Positions 19,151 through 29,928 of a DNA stretch of 64,000 bases are shown here, piece after piece. The notes under the pieces were generated by a model. The model did no database searches. It was not told the origin of the DNA and saw only the letters and a list, made by a program, of their open reading frames with translations. Source of the stretch: Candidatus Latescibacterota bacterium (GTDB lineage Bacteria > Latescibacterota > UBA2968 > UBA8231); assembly GCA_964291625.2 (NCBI GenBank), contig OZ220089.1:3232001-3296000 (forward strand). Reading direction: 5' to 3'. Both the position numbers and the translations under genes were made by a program. Position 1 is the stretch's first letter, and each line of letters opens with the position of its first letter.

Positions 19151-19524
19151 CGCGTTTCCACCACCGTCTGTGTGTGGTGGTGGTGGCCACATGTGTGGCC
19201 GTTGCCATCCTGATCTGGGGTGACGGGAGGGAGCGGGGTCGTCAACGCCCCACCCGGGTGCCAGCCGGCGAGCCCCCCTTGGCATCGTTGAAGCTCCTCT
19301 ACCCCTGCGACCCCTCTTCCCTCCCCTGCTGCCTGGTTCGCCAGGAAGCTGACCCCTCCCCGGCCTTCCCGGGCCCAGCGGGCTCTTTCTACAACCCGCC
19401 ACTCGGACAAGAACCCGCCGAAAGCACCTGACCGTCCACCGTACGGGGGTAGCCCCAGGACGCGATGGGTCCGAGCAAATCACCCTGATCTGCGCAGGGG
19501 TTGGGGACAACGAATGAGCCGCTG

Positions 19525-22500
19525 ATGGACGCACCCGAATCCACTCCGAGGATTCACGCGCCGTGCTCGGGTGACCTCGGGATTCTGAGGTTCGTGGTCG
19601 TCGGGTTCCTGTGTTTGTTGCCGGGGGCGCTGTCGGAGTCGCGGGTGGAGGGTCAGGGCGGGGCCGTGGTTCCGTCTCGTCTGTACTGGACGGACGGGGG
19701 TCTCGACAAGATCCAGCGTTGCCTGTTGGACGGGTCGGAGGTGGAGGACGTGGTCACCGGCCCGCGTCAGATGCGCGGGCTGGCGGTGGATGTTGCCGGC
19801 CAGCGGCTGTACTGGGCGGACCGGGCCCGCGGCAAGATCCAGCGGTCGGACCTGGATGGCTATGGGGAGCGGGACCTGGTGAGCCACGGCCTGAGCCATC
19901 CCCGGAGCGTGGTGGTGGACCCCGAGGCCGGCCGGATGTACTGGACCGACTCGGGCAGCGACAAGATCCAGGTGGCCGACCTGGACGGCTCGAACGTGCA
20001 GGACCTGATCACGGAAGGCCTCCAGACCCCCCTGGGCCTGGCCCTGGATGGGGACGCCGGGCAGCTATACTGGAGCGACCGGGGCACCGGCAAGATCCAG
20101 CGGTCCCACCTCGACGGCTCCGGGGTGGAGGATCTGGTCACCGGTCTGGGCACCCCCCGGGGCCTGGCCCTGGACCTGGGTGCCGGCCAGATCTACTGGA
20201 CCGACTCCAGTACTGACAAGATCCAGCGATCCAACCTCGACGGCTCCGAGGTGGAGGAGGTGGTGAGCGGTCTGCGCCTGCCGCGGGGCCTGGCCCTGGA
20301 CCCGACCGCGGGCCGGATCTACTGGACGGACTCGGCCGCCGGCAAGATCCAGAGCGCCAACCTGGACGGCTCGGACATGCGCGATCTGGTCACCGGTCTG
20401 CGCGATCCCCGGGGGCTGGCCCTGGCTCTGGCGGAGCCGTCGAACCGCCCCCCGGTGGTGACTCCGATCGAGGACCGCACCCTGGCCGCCGGCGACACCC
20501 TGAGGCTGCCGGTGGGGGGTCAGGATCCGGACGGCGACGAGTTGACTTGGTCGGCGCGCTCCGACGACGAGGCGGTAGCCACTGCAGAGGTCCAGGGCGA
20601 GACCCTGCGCCTCGTGGCCATCGCGCCCGGCCAAGCCTCCATCGAGGTCACCGCCCGCGACCCGGGCGGCCGGAGCGCCACCGAGGCCTTCACCGTCACG
20701 GTGCCGGCCAACCAGCCGCCCGAGGCGGTGGCCCGCCTCTACTGGACGGACGCCGGCACGGGCCGGATCCGCCGGGCCGCCCTCGACGGGTCGGGGGCGG
20801 AAGACCTGATCACCGGGCTGAGTCAGCCCCGGGGCCTGGCCCTGGACGCGGCCGGGGGGCGGCTCTACTGGACCGACAGCCGCGCCGACAAGATCCAGCG
20901 CGCTTCCCTGGACGGCTCGCTGGTGGAGGACCTGGTCACCGACGGCCTGCGGTCGCCCTCGGGTCTGGCCGTCGACCCGGGCGGCGCCAAGGTCTACTGG
21001 AGCGACTACGGCACCCGCCGGATCCAGCGGGCCGACTTGGACGGCAGCGGGGTGGAGGACGTGGTCGTCCGGGGCCTGCGCAGCCCCCTGGGCCTGGCAG
21101 TGGACGGGACCGCTGGCCGGCTCTACTGGACCGACTGGGGCGCCGACCGGATCCAGCGGTCCGGCCTCGACGGCCGGGGCGTGCGCAACCTGGTCACCAC
21201 CGGTTTGCAGTCTCCCCAGGACATCGTCGTGGACCCGGTCGGCGGCTATCTGTACTGGGCCGACTTCGGGACCGACAAGATCCAGCGGGCGGCCCTCGAC
21301 GGCTCGGGGGTGGAGGACGTGATCACCGAGGGCCTGCAGGCTCCCCAGGGTCTGGCGATCGACCCGGCGGCGGGCCGGCTCTACTGGACCGACCCCGGCA
21401 CCGACCGGATCCAGCGGTCCAACCTCGACGGCTCCGAGGTGGAGGACGTGATCACGAAAGACCTGGACACGCCCTACGGGCTGGCCCTGGGCGCGGGTCT
21501 GCCGGCGCGGCAGGTGCGGGCCGGCTACGAGCCGGACACCCTGTCGCTGGCCGGCCGCTTCCTCGACCCGGAGGGCGGCGCCCTGAGCTACCGCGCGGTC
21601 TCGGGGGACACGGCCCTGGCGCTGGCGTCCGTGACCCGGGACACACTGACCGTCACGGGGGTCGCCGCCGGGTACACGTCGATCGAGGTCACCGCGCGGG
21701 ATCCGGAGGGGCTGGAGGCCTCCCTGCCCCTGGCGGTGCGGGTGCTGCCCCACGCCAACCGGCCGCCGGTGCTGACCCCGCTTCCGGACCTGGCCGCCCT
21801 CACCGGGGACACCCTGACCGTCGGCATCGAGGCCACCGACCCCGACGGCGACAGCCTGAGCTACGCGGCCGCTTCCGCTGACACCGCCCTCGTCCAGGCC
21901 AGTACCGCCGATTCGGTGATCACCCTGCGGCCCATCGCGGCGGGCGAGACGTCGATCGCGGTGACGGTCCGCGACGACAGCCTGGCGGTGGCCGACACCT
22001 TCGGGGTGACGGTGTCGTGGTCGAACCGGGCGCCGCAGCCCGGCAGCCTGCGGGCCCGCCAGGTGTTCCTGGGCGGGGTGGCCAGGATCGTCCTGCGCCG
22101 GGAGTTCACCGACCCCGACGGCGACAGCCTGAGCTATACCGCCGCGTCGCGGGACTCGACCGTGGCCACGGCCGCGGTCTCCCGCGACACCCTGACGATC
22201 ACCCCGGTGGCCTCGGGCCGGACGGCGATCGACATGACGGCCACCGATCCGGAGGGCCTGCAGGCGGCCGGGTCCTTCGCCCTCACCGTCCGCCGCCGCC
22301 CCCCGCCCCCACCGCCCGGCGGCGGAGGGGGTGGCGGCGGTGGAGGCGGTGGAGGCGGAGGTTTCTTCATCCCGCCGCCCCCGCCCCCTCCGCCCCGGAC
22401 CACCAACGAGGCGCCGGTCTTCCCCGAGGCGCCGAGCACGTCCCGCACGGTGCCGGAGAACACCGCCGCCAACCGCAACATCCAGCACCCGGTGCGGGCC

Positions 22501-25500
22501 ACCGACGGCGACAACGACCGGCTGACCTACCTGCTCTCCGGCACCGACGCGGACAGCTTCTCCGTGGTCTCCACAAGCGGCCAGTTGCGTACGCGGGCCG
22601 GCATCACCTACGACTTCGAGCTCCGGGACCGCTACCAGGTGCTGCTGGAAGCCGCCGACGGCTACGGCGACACGGCCGACATCGCCGTGACAATCCACCT
22701 GTCCGACGTCGACGAGCCGCCCCGGCCGCCGGCCCGGCCTTTGGTCGAGCCGGCCTCCACGACCCGCCTGACAGTGAGCTGGAGCGAGCCGGTCAACACC
22801 GGCCCCGAGGTCGACGACTACGACGTGCAGTACCGCAGGAGCGGCAGTTTCCTCCCATGGCCTCACGACGGCCCCGGCACGAGCACCACGATCCCGGACC
22901 TGGACCCGAACACCCGCTACGAGGTGCAGGTGCGGGCCTCGAACGCGGAGGGCACGGGCGGCTGGTCGCCTTCGGGCTTCGGCAACACCAGCGCCAACCA
23001 GCGGCCGGTCTTCGACGAGTCCTCTCCCACCCGCACTCTCGACGAGAATACGACCGGGACAAGCGGCATCGGCGGTCCGGTGACCGCCACCGATCCGGAG
23101 AACACCTCCCTGACCTACCGCCTATTGACCGGACGGGACGCGGGCTCCTTCACCATCGGCGAGGCCAGCGGGCAGCTGCGCACGCGGGACGGCGTGGACT
23201 ACGACTACGAGACGAAGAGCCGCTACTCGGTGTTGGTGGAAGCCGAGGACGAGCACGGCGGCCGCACGACCGTCATCGTGACCATCGACCTGATCGACGA
23301 CGACAGCGAGCAGCCCGGGCGGCCGGCCAAGCCGACGGTGTCGGCCTCGACGTCGAGCAGTCTGTCCATCCGCTGGACGGCCCCGGACAACGCAGGGCCG
23401 GCGATCAACGACTACGACGTGCAGTACAGCGAGGACGGCGGCGCCTTCGAGGCGTGGTCCCACACCGGCCCGGGCACGAGCACGACGATCACCGGTTTGA
23501 CGGCCAACACCCCCTACCGGGTGCAGGTGCTGGCGCGCAGCGACGAGGGCGAGAGCCTCTGGTCCGAGTCGGTCGAGGCCACGACCAGCGCCAACCGGGC
23601 GCCCACCTTCAACGAGGGGAACCGCACCACACGGAGCTTTGCGGAAAACACCACCGGGACCAACGACATCGGCAACCCGGTGACCGCCACCGACCGCGAC
23701 GGGGGCACGCCCGACTACAGCCTCGAGGGCACGGACGCGGCGAGTTTCACCATCGACGCGAGCGACGGACAGCTGCAGACCGGGTCCGGCCAGACCTGGG
23801 ACTTCGAGGAGAAAGACCGCTACGAGGTAATCGTGCGGGTCGAGGACGGCCAGGGCGGCAGCAACACCATCGAGGTCACGATCCATCTGACCGACCTGCA
23901 GGAACCGCCGGAAACCCCGGCGGCCCCCAGCGTCTCGGCGGCCTCGTCGACGAGTCTTGCGGTGACTTGGGATGAACCGGCCAACACCGGTCCCGACATC
24001 ACCGACTACGACGTGCAGTACCGGCCGCGGGACACCGGCGGTTTCCGCGGCTGGAGCCACACCGGCGCCGAACGCACGGCCACGATCCCCAGTCTGATCC
24101 CGGACTCCACCTACCAGGTGCAGGTGCTGGCGCGCAGTCCCGAAGGGGCCAGCGGCTGGTCGCCGACGGGCACGGGCACCACCGGCCCCAACGGGCTGCC
24201 CCTCTTCACCGACGGGTCGAGCGCCACCCGCAGCTTCGACGAGAACACCACCGGCGTCGTCGGTGTCGGCGATCCGGTGAGCGCCACCGATCCGGAGAAC
24301 ACGACCCCGACCTACAGCCTCCAGGGGGCGGATGCCGATTCCTTCACCATCGACACCCGCAGCGGACAACTGCGCACCCGGGCGGACAAGATTTGGGACT
24401 ACGAGACCAGGTCCAGCTTTTCGGTCTCGGTGAAGGCCGTGGACGGCCACCAGGGGGAGCGCACCATCCCGGTCTCCATCGACCTGAACGACCTCAACGA
24501 GGCGCCGGTCTTCACCAGCGGCGCGGCCTTCGAAGCGGCGGAAAACCAGACCTTCGCCGGCCGGGTGGAGGCGGAGGATCTCGACAACGCCGACGATATC
24601 ACCGGCTACACCCTCACCGGCGGCGCCGACCGCGACCGCCTGGAGATCGACAACGCAGGCTCCCTGACCTTCCAGGAGGCCCCCGACTTCGAGAGCCCTT
24701 CGGACGCGGGAGGCAACCGGCAGTACAACGTGGTCGTCACCGCCACCGGGGGCGGCGGAGGCCGCGCCCTGACCGCTCAGCAGTCGATCGCCGTCACCCT
24801 CACCGATGAGAACGAGCCGCCGGTGTTCACCAGCGCCGACACCTTCGAGATCCGCGAGAACACCCGGGTCGCCGGCCGCGTGACCGCCCGCGACGTCGAC
24901 GCCGGCGACGCCGTCACCGGCTACGAGGTCACCGGCGGCGCCGACCGGGACGAGTTCGAGATCGTCAGCACCAACCAGCTGCGCTTCAAGGACGACGACG
25001 ACCCCGACTTCGAGGACCCGGACGATTCGGGGGGCGGCAACGACTACAGCGTGGTGGTGGAGGCCACCGGCGGCACGGATCCCCGGGACATGACCGCCTC
25101 CAAGACGGTCGTCGTCCTCGTGGAGGACGTGAACGAACCGCCGGCCCGGCCCGACCCGCCCGCCGTCAGCGACGAGACGGAGAGCAGCCTGACCGTGAGC
25201 TGGGACGAGCCGGCCAACACCGGCCCCGTGATCAGCAACTACCACGTGCAGTACCGCCACAGCGGGACCTATCTCGCCTGGTCCGACAGCGGCGCCGCCC
25301 GGAGCCGCGTGATCACCGGCCTGCGCTCGGGACGGAACTACCAGATCCAGGTGCAGGCCAAGAACGACGAGGGCACGGGAGCCTGGTCCAACGCCGGCAG
25401 CGGCCGGACGCTCACCGCGCCGACGGTCTCCCGCGTCGCCTTCACCTCGACCCCGGCCACGGGACAGAACAACACCTACAAGCTCAGCGACACCCTCGAC

Positions 25501-28500
25501 GTGACCGTCACCTTCAGCGAGGCGGTGACCGTCACCGGCACGCCCCAGGTCGACCTGACCCTCGGCTCCAACGTGCGCCAGGCGGACTACGAGAGCGGCT
25601 CGGCCACGACCCAGCTCCTGTTCCAGTACGAGGTGCAGGACACCGACCAGGACGACAACGGCGCCGCCATCAACGCCAACGGCCTCAGGCTCAACAGCGG
25701 CCGCATCTTCCTCCAAAGAACCAACACCACCGTCAACGCCGACCTGGTCCACTCGGCCCTCGCCAACCAGTCCCGACACAAGGTCGACGGCGTCGCCCCG
25801 ACCCCCACCAAAGCGGAGGTGGATGGAACCAGGCTGACCCTGACGTATGGCGAAGCGCTCGTCAGCAGCCCAAGGCCGGCCAACACCGATTTCGAAGTGA
25901 CCGTAGACAGCGAGACGCGAGATGTTACCGCGGTAGCCGTCAGCAACACCAAGGTAACCCTCACCCTCGCCTCGGCGGCAAACACGGGGGAGACGGTGGC
26001 CCTGGCCTACACACCGGGGACCAACCCGATCCGCGACCTGGCGCAGAACCCCGCCGGCACCCTCAGCAACCTGGCGGTGACCAACCTCAGAAACGTCTGC
26101 CACCGCACCGCCCAGGTGCGGGACGAGATCATGGATGAAGCAGGGGTCAGCGCCTGCGGCGACGTAACCGCGGACCATCTGGCGGCCATCACCCGCCTCT
26201 CCCTGAGCGACGAGAGCATCTCCACGCTGAAAGCCGGCGACTTTGCCGGTCTTACGAGCCTCGAAAAGCTCTACCTGTCAGACAACAATATCAGCACCCT
26301 GCCGGAGAACATCTTCTCCGACCTGTCGGCCCTGGAGGAGCTCTACCTCAAGCAGAACAACCTCTCCAACCTCGGAGCGAACACGTTCTCCGGGCTGACC
26401 TCCCTGTCATCTCTCGACATGTCCTTCAGCCAGCTCGGCGACTTCGACGCCGGCTTGTTCTCCGGGCTGACGTCCCTGACCCATCTCGATCTGCTGAGCG
26501 CCCGTATCTTCAACCTGCCGGCCAACGGCTTCTCCGCGTTGACGGCGCTGGAGACACTCATCCTTCGAAGCAACCTCCTGGGTGACCTCGCCGCCGACGA
26601 ATTCTCCGGTTTGTCGGGGCTGGAACACCTCGACCTGAGCAGTACCCGAATCACCAGCCTTCCCGTGGACGCCTTCTCCAACCTGTCCGGGCTCAAGCAC
26701 CTCGACCTGGAGTATGCCCGACTCACCAGCTTTCCGCCGGCCGTGTTCTCCGGCTTGTCGTCGCTCGAACACCTCGGCCTGAACCTCAATAGGATGAGCA
26801 GCGGCAGCCTCGACGCCGGCCTGTTCTCCGGGCTGACGTCCCTGACTCATCTCGACCTGCGCAGCATGGATCTCACCTCCGTGCCCGCCAACCTCTTCTC
26901 CGGGCTGACCGCGCTCGAGTTCCTCGACCTGGGCTACAACAACGACCTCGCCACACTGCCGGCCACCGTCTTTTCCGCCCTGACGGACCTCAGAACCCTG
27001 AACCTGAGAACCAACGACATCTCCACCCTGCCGACCGGTCTTCTTTCCGGACTGACGGAGCTGAGATCGCTGGACCTCAGACAATGGGATCTGTCGACCC
27101 TGCCGGACGGCGCGTTTACCGGACTGACGAAGCTGACCAAGCTCCAGCTCCAGTGGAACCCGGTCGACCCCTTGCCGATCACCGTCTCACTGGAATCGGC
27201 CGGGACGGATCAGTTCCGGGCCAAGGCGCACACCGGCGCGCCCTTTGACATCGTCCTGCCGCTGCGGCTCGCCAACGGCGAGATCGAGGGCGGCGAATCG
27301 AGCCTCACCATTCCGCAGGGCAGCGTCGAGAGCGGAACCCTCACGGTCGCCCGCACCGCCGGGACCAAGGCGGCGGTCACCGTCGATCTCGGGGCGCTGC
27401 CGGAACGGCCCGCCAGCGACAACGGCTACGAGCTGGTGCGGTCCGAGGACCTGCCGCTGGCAGTCATCGACGCCGAAGCCGGGGTGGAGATCTATCCCAC
27501 CGAACTGACCTTGGCAGAGGACGAAAGCGACACCTACACGGTGGTGCTGACCATGCAGCCCACCAGCGACGTGACGGTAACGGTGACCGTGCCGTCGGGG
27601 GCCGATGTCACGGTGAACCCGTCGCCGCTGACTTTCACGACCGACAACTGGGATACACCGCAGACCGTGACGGTGAGTACCAGCGCCGACACCGACAGCG
27701 ACGACGACGAGGTCACCCTCACCCACACCGTAAGCGGGGGCTACCAGGGAGTGACCGCCGATGACGTGGAGGTGACGGTCACGGAGGCCGCGGTCACCAC
27801 CAACAGCCCGCCGTCCATCTTCCACAACTCCTGGACCGTAAACGAGAACTTCACCGGTCACATATCCATAGTGGGAACGGATCCGGATGCCAGGGACTAC
27901 ATCACCGGGTACGAGATCACCGGGGGCCCCGACCGGGCGCTGTTCGAGATCACCACCCGAAGCGGCCGGGGCGAGCTCACCTTCGTCGATGTACCCGACT
28001 TCGAACGTCCGGCGGGCACCAGCAACCGGAATGAGATCGTTGTCACCGTCACCAGCGGCATGGGCACCCGGGAACGGACCGGGCAGCGGCAGATCGCCGT
28101 CAACGTGTCCGACGTGGACGAGCCGCCCGGCCGGCCGCCGGCGCCACGGCTGAGTTTCCGAGACGGAGTTACTCCCACCATCGCGGTGAGCATGGGGGGC
28201 CGGATCCCGCCGGTGAATACGGGGCCGGAAATCACTGGCTGGGGAGTGCAACACCGGGAGAAGGACAGCGGCGACGATTTCACCAGTACCACGTACACGT
28301 CCGCGACCCTGGATGGGCGGATCGAGAATCTGACAAAAGACCTCACTTACGAGGTGCAGGTGCAGGCGAAGAACGACGAAGGCGACAGCGAGTGGTCCCC
28401 CTCGGCGGAGATAGAGATACCCAACCAGCCGCCGGTCGCCGTCGGCACCTTCAACGACCTCACGCTGGCGGTGGGGGGCGCTGTCGAGACCGTATCCGTG

Positions 28501-29928
28501 GACGGCGTGTTCAGCAGCCCGGACCGGGACCTGCTCACCTATACGGTGTCGTCCGGCAACACGGCTGCCGCTACCGTTCGAATGGTCAGCACGGAGATCC
28601 TCGTAGATCCGCAGGCCGCCGGCACCGCGACGATCACGGTAACGGCCAGCGATCCCTATGGCGCGTCCGACTCCGAGACGTTCGACGTCACAGTCCGGAC
28701 ACCGACCCTTTCGGCGCCCACCCTGACCATCACCGGCGACCTCTTCACGCTGTCATTCACGGATGACTTCGCGTCCGAGGAAACCCGGGCCTACCACGTA
28801 CGAATCCGTCAGAAGACGAACCATGGACCCTGGGCGACAGGGTGCCATACCGAGACCAACGATGAAGCTTCTCAACAGTCCATTTCCGTAACGCTGGAGG
28901 ACGCGGTATCGGATCTCTTCGAACCGGGCACCACATATGAGGCCGACTACGGATACCTGGGGGCATCCTGCGACGGCGGCCTGACGGGCTCGAGGTCCGC
29001 GACCGACGAGGAGACCACGTCCGGGACGGCTTCCTTCGATATCGAGCTTGTCTTCGTCGGCAGCGTCTCGTCGACATACCGAACCTATGTTGAAGACGCG
29101 GCCGAGCGCTGGGAGGAGATCATCACCGGCGATCTTCCCAACCATCGTCTATCCAGCAGCAACCGCAGCTTTCTGAATGGGGAATTTCCAGGGACTGCCG
29201 CCCCCGAGGTTGTGGATGACCTCGTGATCTACGTGCGCGTCGTTGACCTGGTCGGTGTGATCGGACAGGGGGCGTCGCTGGTGAGCCGGGTCCCTTCCTT
29301 TCTGCCGGCCGTATCCCAAATCACTCTCGATTCGGACATACTGAGCACGTATTCGGAAGGAATACAGAGAGCCGTCGTTCTGCACGAGATAGGCCACGCG
29401 CTGGGATTCTCAGCCAAGACATGGACATTTCTCGACTTGCTGAAGGACCCCTCCCTCACTCCATTCCAAACTCCCATCGATCCCGCTCCGGACACCTATT
29501 TCCCGGGCGCCAAGGCGATTGTCGCCTTCGACGCGGCGGGTGGAACGAGCTACACCGGCGCCAAGGTGCCGGTGGAGAACGTCGGCGGAGGGGGCAACCG
29601 GGACAGCCACTGGCGGGAATCCGTAATGGACGGCGAACTGATGACGTCAAGGTTGGAATCCTCTTCCAATCCGCTCAGCGCGATCACCATCCAGTCGATG
29701 GCCGACCTCGGCTACACCGTGGATGTCACCCAGGCCGACGCTTACACCCTGCCGTCTACCAACAACTACCCTTCCATTCTTTCTTCCATTTCCGCCAAGC
29801 GGGTTGCAGGTGCGGCCGGAGACGAACAGGAGGAGTTGGTCCTGAACTGTGCCCTGGACCATCCCGAAACCGGACCCGACGAGTCCGAGCCGATCACCCT
29901 GAATTTGCGCAGGGTCAAGAAGGAGTGA
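19525..29928 (+). CDS. Giant secreted multidomain protein: two YWTD (LDL-receptor class B) propellers, Ig/cadherin repeats, FN3 repeats, A-type Ig repeat + SwmB-like domain, ~14 LRRs, C-terminal leishmanolysin (M8)-like Zn metallopeptidase
   Basis: Repeated RLYWTD...KIQRSNLDGS; cadherin motifs (ATDxD, DYE, DVNEPP); FN3 (W..P.NTGP...YDVQY...YEVQV); LRR LxxLxLxxNxLxxLPxxxFSGL; HEIGHALGF plus SHWRESVMDGELMT. ORF is open from 19501; ATG 19525 preferred. Confidence 0.88.
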   Translation: MDAPESTPRIHAPCSGDLGILRFVVVGFLCLLPGALSESRVEGQGGAVVPSRLYWTDGGLDKIQRCLLDGSEVEDVVTGPRQMRGLAVDVAGQRLYWADRARGKIQRSDLDGYGERDLVSHGLSHPRSVVVDPEAGRMYWTDSGSDKIQVADLDGSNVQDLITEGLQTPLGLALDGDAGQLYWSDRGTGKIQRSHLDGSGVEDLVTGLGTPRGLALDLGAGQIYWTDSSTDKIQRSNLDGSEVEEVVSGLRLPRGLALDPTAGRIYWTDSAAGKIQSANLDGSDMRDLVTGLRDPRGLALALAEPSNRPPVVTPIEDRTLAAGDTLRLPVGGQDPDGDELTWSARSDDEAVATAEVQGETLRLVAIAPGQASIEVTARDPGGRSATEAFTVTVPANQPPEAVARLYWTDAGTGRIRRAALDGSGAEDLITGLSQPRGLALDAAGGRLYWTDSRADKIQRASLDGSLVEDLVTDGLRSPSGLAVDPGGAKVYWSDYGTRRIQRADLDGSGVEDVVVRGLRSPLGLAVDGTAGRLYWTDWGADRIQRSGLDGRGVRNLVTTGLQSPQDIVVDPVGGYLYWADFGTDKIQRAALDGSGVEDVITEGLQAPQGLAIDPAAGRLYWTDPGTDRIQRSNLDGSEVEDVITKDLDTPYGLALGAGLPARQVRAGYEPDTLSLAGRFLDPEGGALSYRAVSGDTALALASVTRDTLTVTGVAAGYTSIEVTARDPEGLEASLPLAVRVLPHANRPPVLTPLPDLAALTGDTLTVGIEATDPDGDSLSYAAASADTALVQASTADSVITLRPIAAGETSIAVTVRDDSLAVADTFGVTVSWSNRAPQPGSLRARQVFLGGVARIVLRREFTDPDGDSLSYTAASRDSTVATAAVSRDTLTITPVASGRTAIDMTATDPEGLQAAGSFALTVRRRPPPPPPGGGGGGGGGGGGGGGFFIPPPPPPPPRTTNEAPVFPEAPSTSRTVPENTAANRNIQHPVRATDGDNDRLTYLLSGTDADSFSVVSTSGQLRTRAGITYDFELRDRYQVLLEAADGYGDTADIAVTIHLSDVDEPPRPPARPLVEPASTTRLTVSWSEPVNTGPEVDDYDVQYRRSGSFLPWPHDGPGTSTTIPDLDPNTRYEVQVRASNAEGTGGWSPSGFGNTSANQRPVFDESSPTRTLDENTTGTSGIGGPVTATDPENTSLTYRLLTGRDAGSFTIGEASGQLRTRDGVDYDYETKSRYSVLVEAEDEHGGRTTVIVTIDLIDDDSEQPGRPAKPTVSASTSSSLSIRWTAPDNAGPAINDYDVQYSEDGGAFEAWSHTGPGTSTTITGLTANTPYRVQVLARSDEGESLWSESVEATTSANRAPTFNEGNRTTRSFAENTTGTNDIGNPVTATDRDGGTPDYSLEGTDAASFTIDASDGQLQTGSGQTWDFEEKDRYEVIVRVEDGQGGSNTIEVTIHLTDLQEPPETPAAPSVSAASSTSLAVTWDEPANTGPDITDYDVQYRPRDTGGFRGWSHTGAERTATIPSLIPDSTYQVQVLARSPEGASGWSPTGTGTTGPNGLPLFTDGSSATRSFDENTTGVVGVGDPVSATDPENTTPTYSLQGADADSFTIDTRSGQLRTRADKIWDYETRSSFSVSVKAVDGHQGERTIPVSIDLNDLNEAPVFTSGAAFEAAENQTFAGRVEAEDLDNADDITGYTLTGGADRDRLEIDNAGSLTFQEAPDFESPSDAGGNRQYNVVVTATGGGGGRALTAQQSIAVTLTDENEPPVFTSADTFEIRENTRVAGRVTARDVDAGDAVTGYEVTGGADRDEFEIVSTNQLRFKDDDDPDFEDPDDSGGGNDYSVVVEATGGTDPRDMTASKTVVVLVEDVNEPPARPDPPAVSDETESSLTVSWDEPANTGPVISNYHVQYRHSGTYLAWSDSGAARSRVITGLRSGRNYQIQVQAKNDEGTGAWSNAGSGRTLTAPTVSRVAFTSTPATGQNNTYKLSDTLDVTVTFSEAVTVTGTPQVDLTLGSNVRQADYESGSATTQLLFQYEVQDTDQDDNGAAINANGLRLNSGRIFLQRTNTTVNADLVHSALANQSRHKVDGVAPTPTKAEVDGTRLTLTYGEALVSSPRPANTDFEVTVDSETRDVTAVAVSNTKVTLTLASAANTGETVALAYTPGTNPIRDLAQNPAGTLSNLAVTNLRNVCHRTAQVRDEIMDEAGVSACGDVTADHLAAITRLSLSDESISTLKAGDFAGLTSLEKLYLSDNNISTLPENIFSDLSALEELYLKQNNLSNLGANTFSGLTSLSSLDMSFSQLGDFDAGLFSGLTSLTHLDLLSARIFNLPANGFSALTALETLILRSNLLGDLAADEFSGLSGLEHLDLSSTRITSLPVDAFSNLSGLKHLDLEYARLTSFPPAVFSGLSSLEHLGLNLNRMSSGSLDAGLFSGLTSLTHLDLRSMDLTSVPANLFSGLTALEFLDLGYNNDLATLPATVFSALTDLRTLNLRTNDISTLPTGLLSGLTELRSLDLRQWDLSTLPDGAFTGLTKLTKLQLQWNPVDPLPITVSLESAGTDQFRAKAHTGAPFDIVLPLRLANGEIEGGESSLTIPQGSVESGTLTVARTAGTKAAVTVDLGALPERPASDNGYELVRSEDLPLAVIDAEAGVEIYPTELTLAEDESDTYTVVLTMQPTSDVTVTVTVPSGADVTVNPSPLTFTTDNWDTPQTVTVSTSADTDSDDDEVTLTHTVSGGYQGVTADDVEVTVTEAAVTTNSPPSIFHNSWTVNENFTGHISIVGTDPDARDYITGYEITGGPDRALFEITTRSGRGELTFVDVPDFERPAGTSNRNEIVVTVTSGMGTRERTGQRQIAVNVSDVDEPPGRPPAPRLSFRDGVTPTIAVSMGGRIPPVNTGPEITGWGVQHREKDSGDDFTSTTYTSATLDGRIENLTKDLTYEVQVQAKNDEGDSEWSPSAEIEIPNQPPVAVGTFNDLTLAVGGAVETVSVDGVFSSPDRDLLTYTVSSGNTAAATVRMVSTEILVDPQAAGTATITVTASDPYGASDSETFDVTVRTPTLSAPTLTITGDLFTLSFTDDFASEETRAYHVRIRQKTNHGPWATGCHTETNDEASQQSISVTLEDAVSDLFEPGTTYEADYGYLGASCDGGLTGSRSATDEETTSGTASFDIELVFVGSVSSTYRTYVEDAAERWEEIITGDLPNHRLSSSNRSFLNGEFPGTAAPEVVDDLVIYVRVVDLVGVIGQGASLVSRVPSFLPAVSQITLDSDILSTYSEGIQRAVVLHEIGHALGFSAKTWTFLDLLKDPSLTPFQTPIDPAPDTYFPGAKAIVAFDAAGGTSYTGAKVPVENVGGGGNRDSHWRESVMDGELMTSRLESSSNPLSAITIQSMADLGYTVDVTQADAYTLPSTNNYPSILSSISAKRVAGAAGDEQEELVLNCALDHPETGPDESEPITLNLRRVKKE

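Noticed and set aside
19147-19431. 94-aa ORF with a hydrophobic N-terminal stretch between C2 and the giant gene
   Set aside because: It has no RBS or recognisable family, and the hydrophobic run derives from a GTG/TG low-complexity tract; it cannot be supported as a gene.
20065-26178. Very long antisense ORFs (933 aa and 1018 aa) and similar shadow ORFs elsewhere
   Set aside because: They are mirror frames of high-GC coding genes, have no recognisable motifs, and are expected from codon bias.
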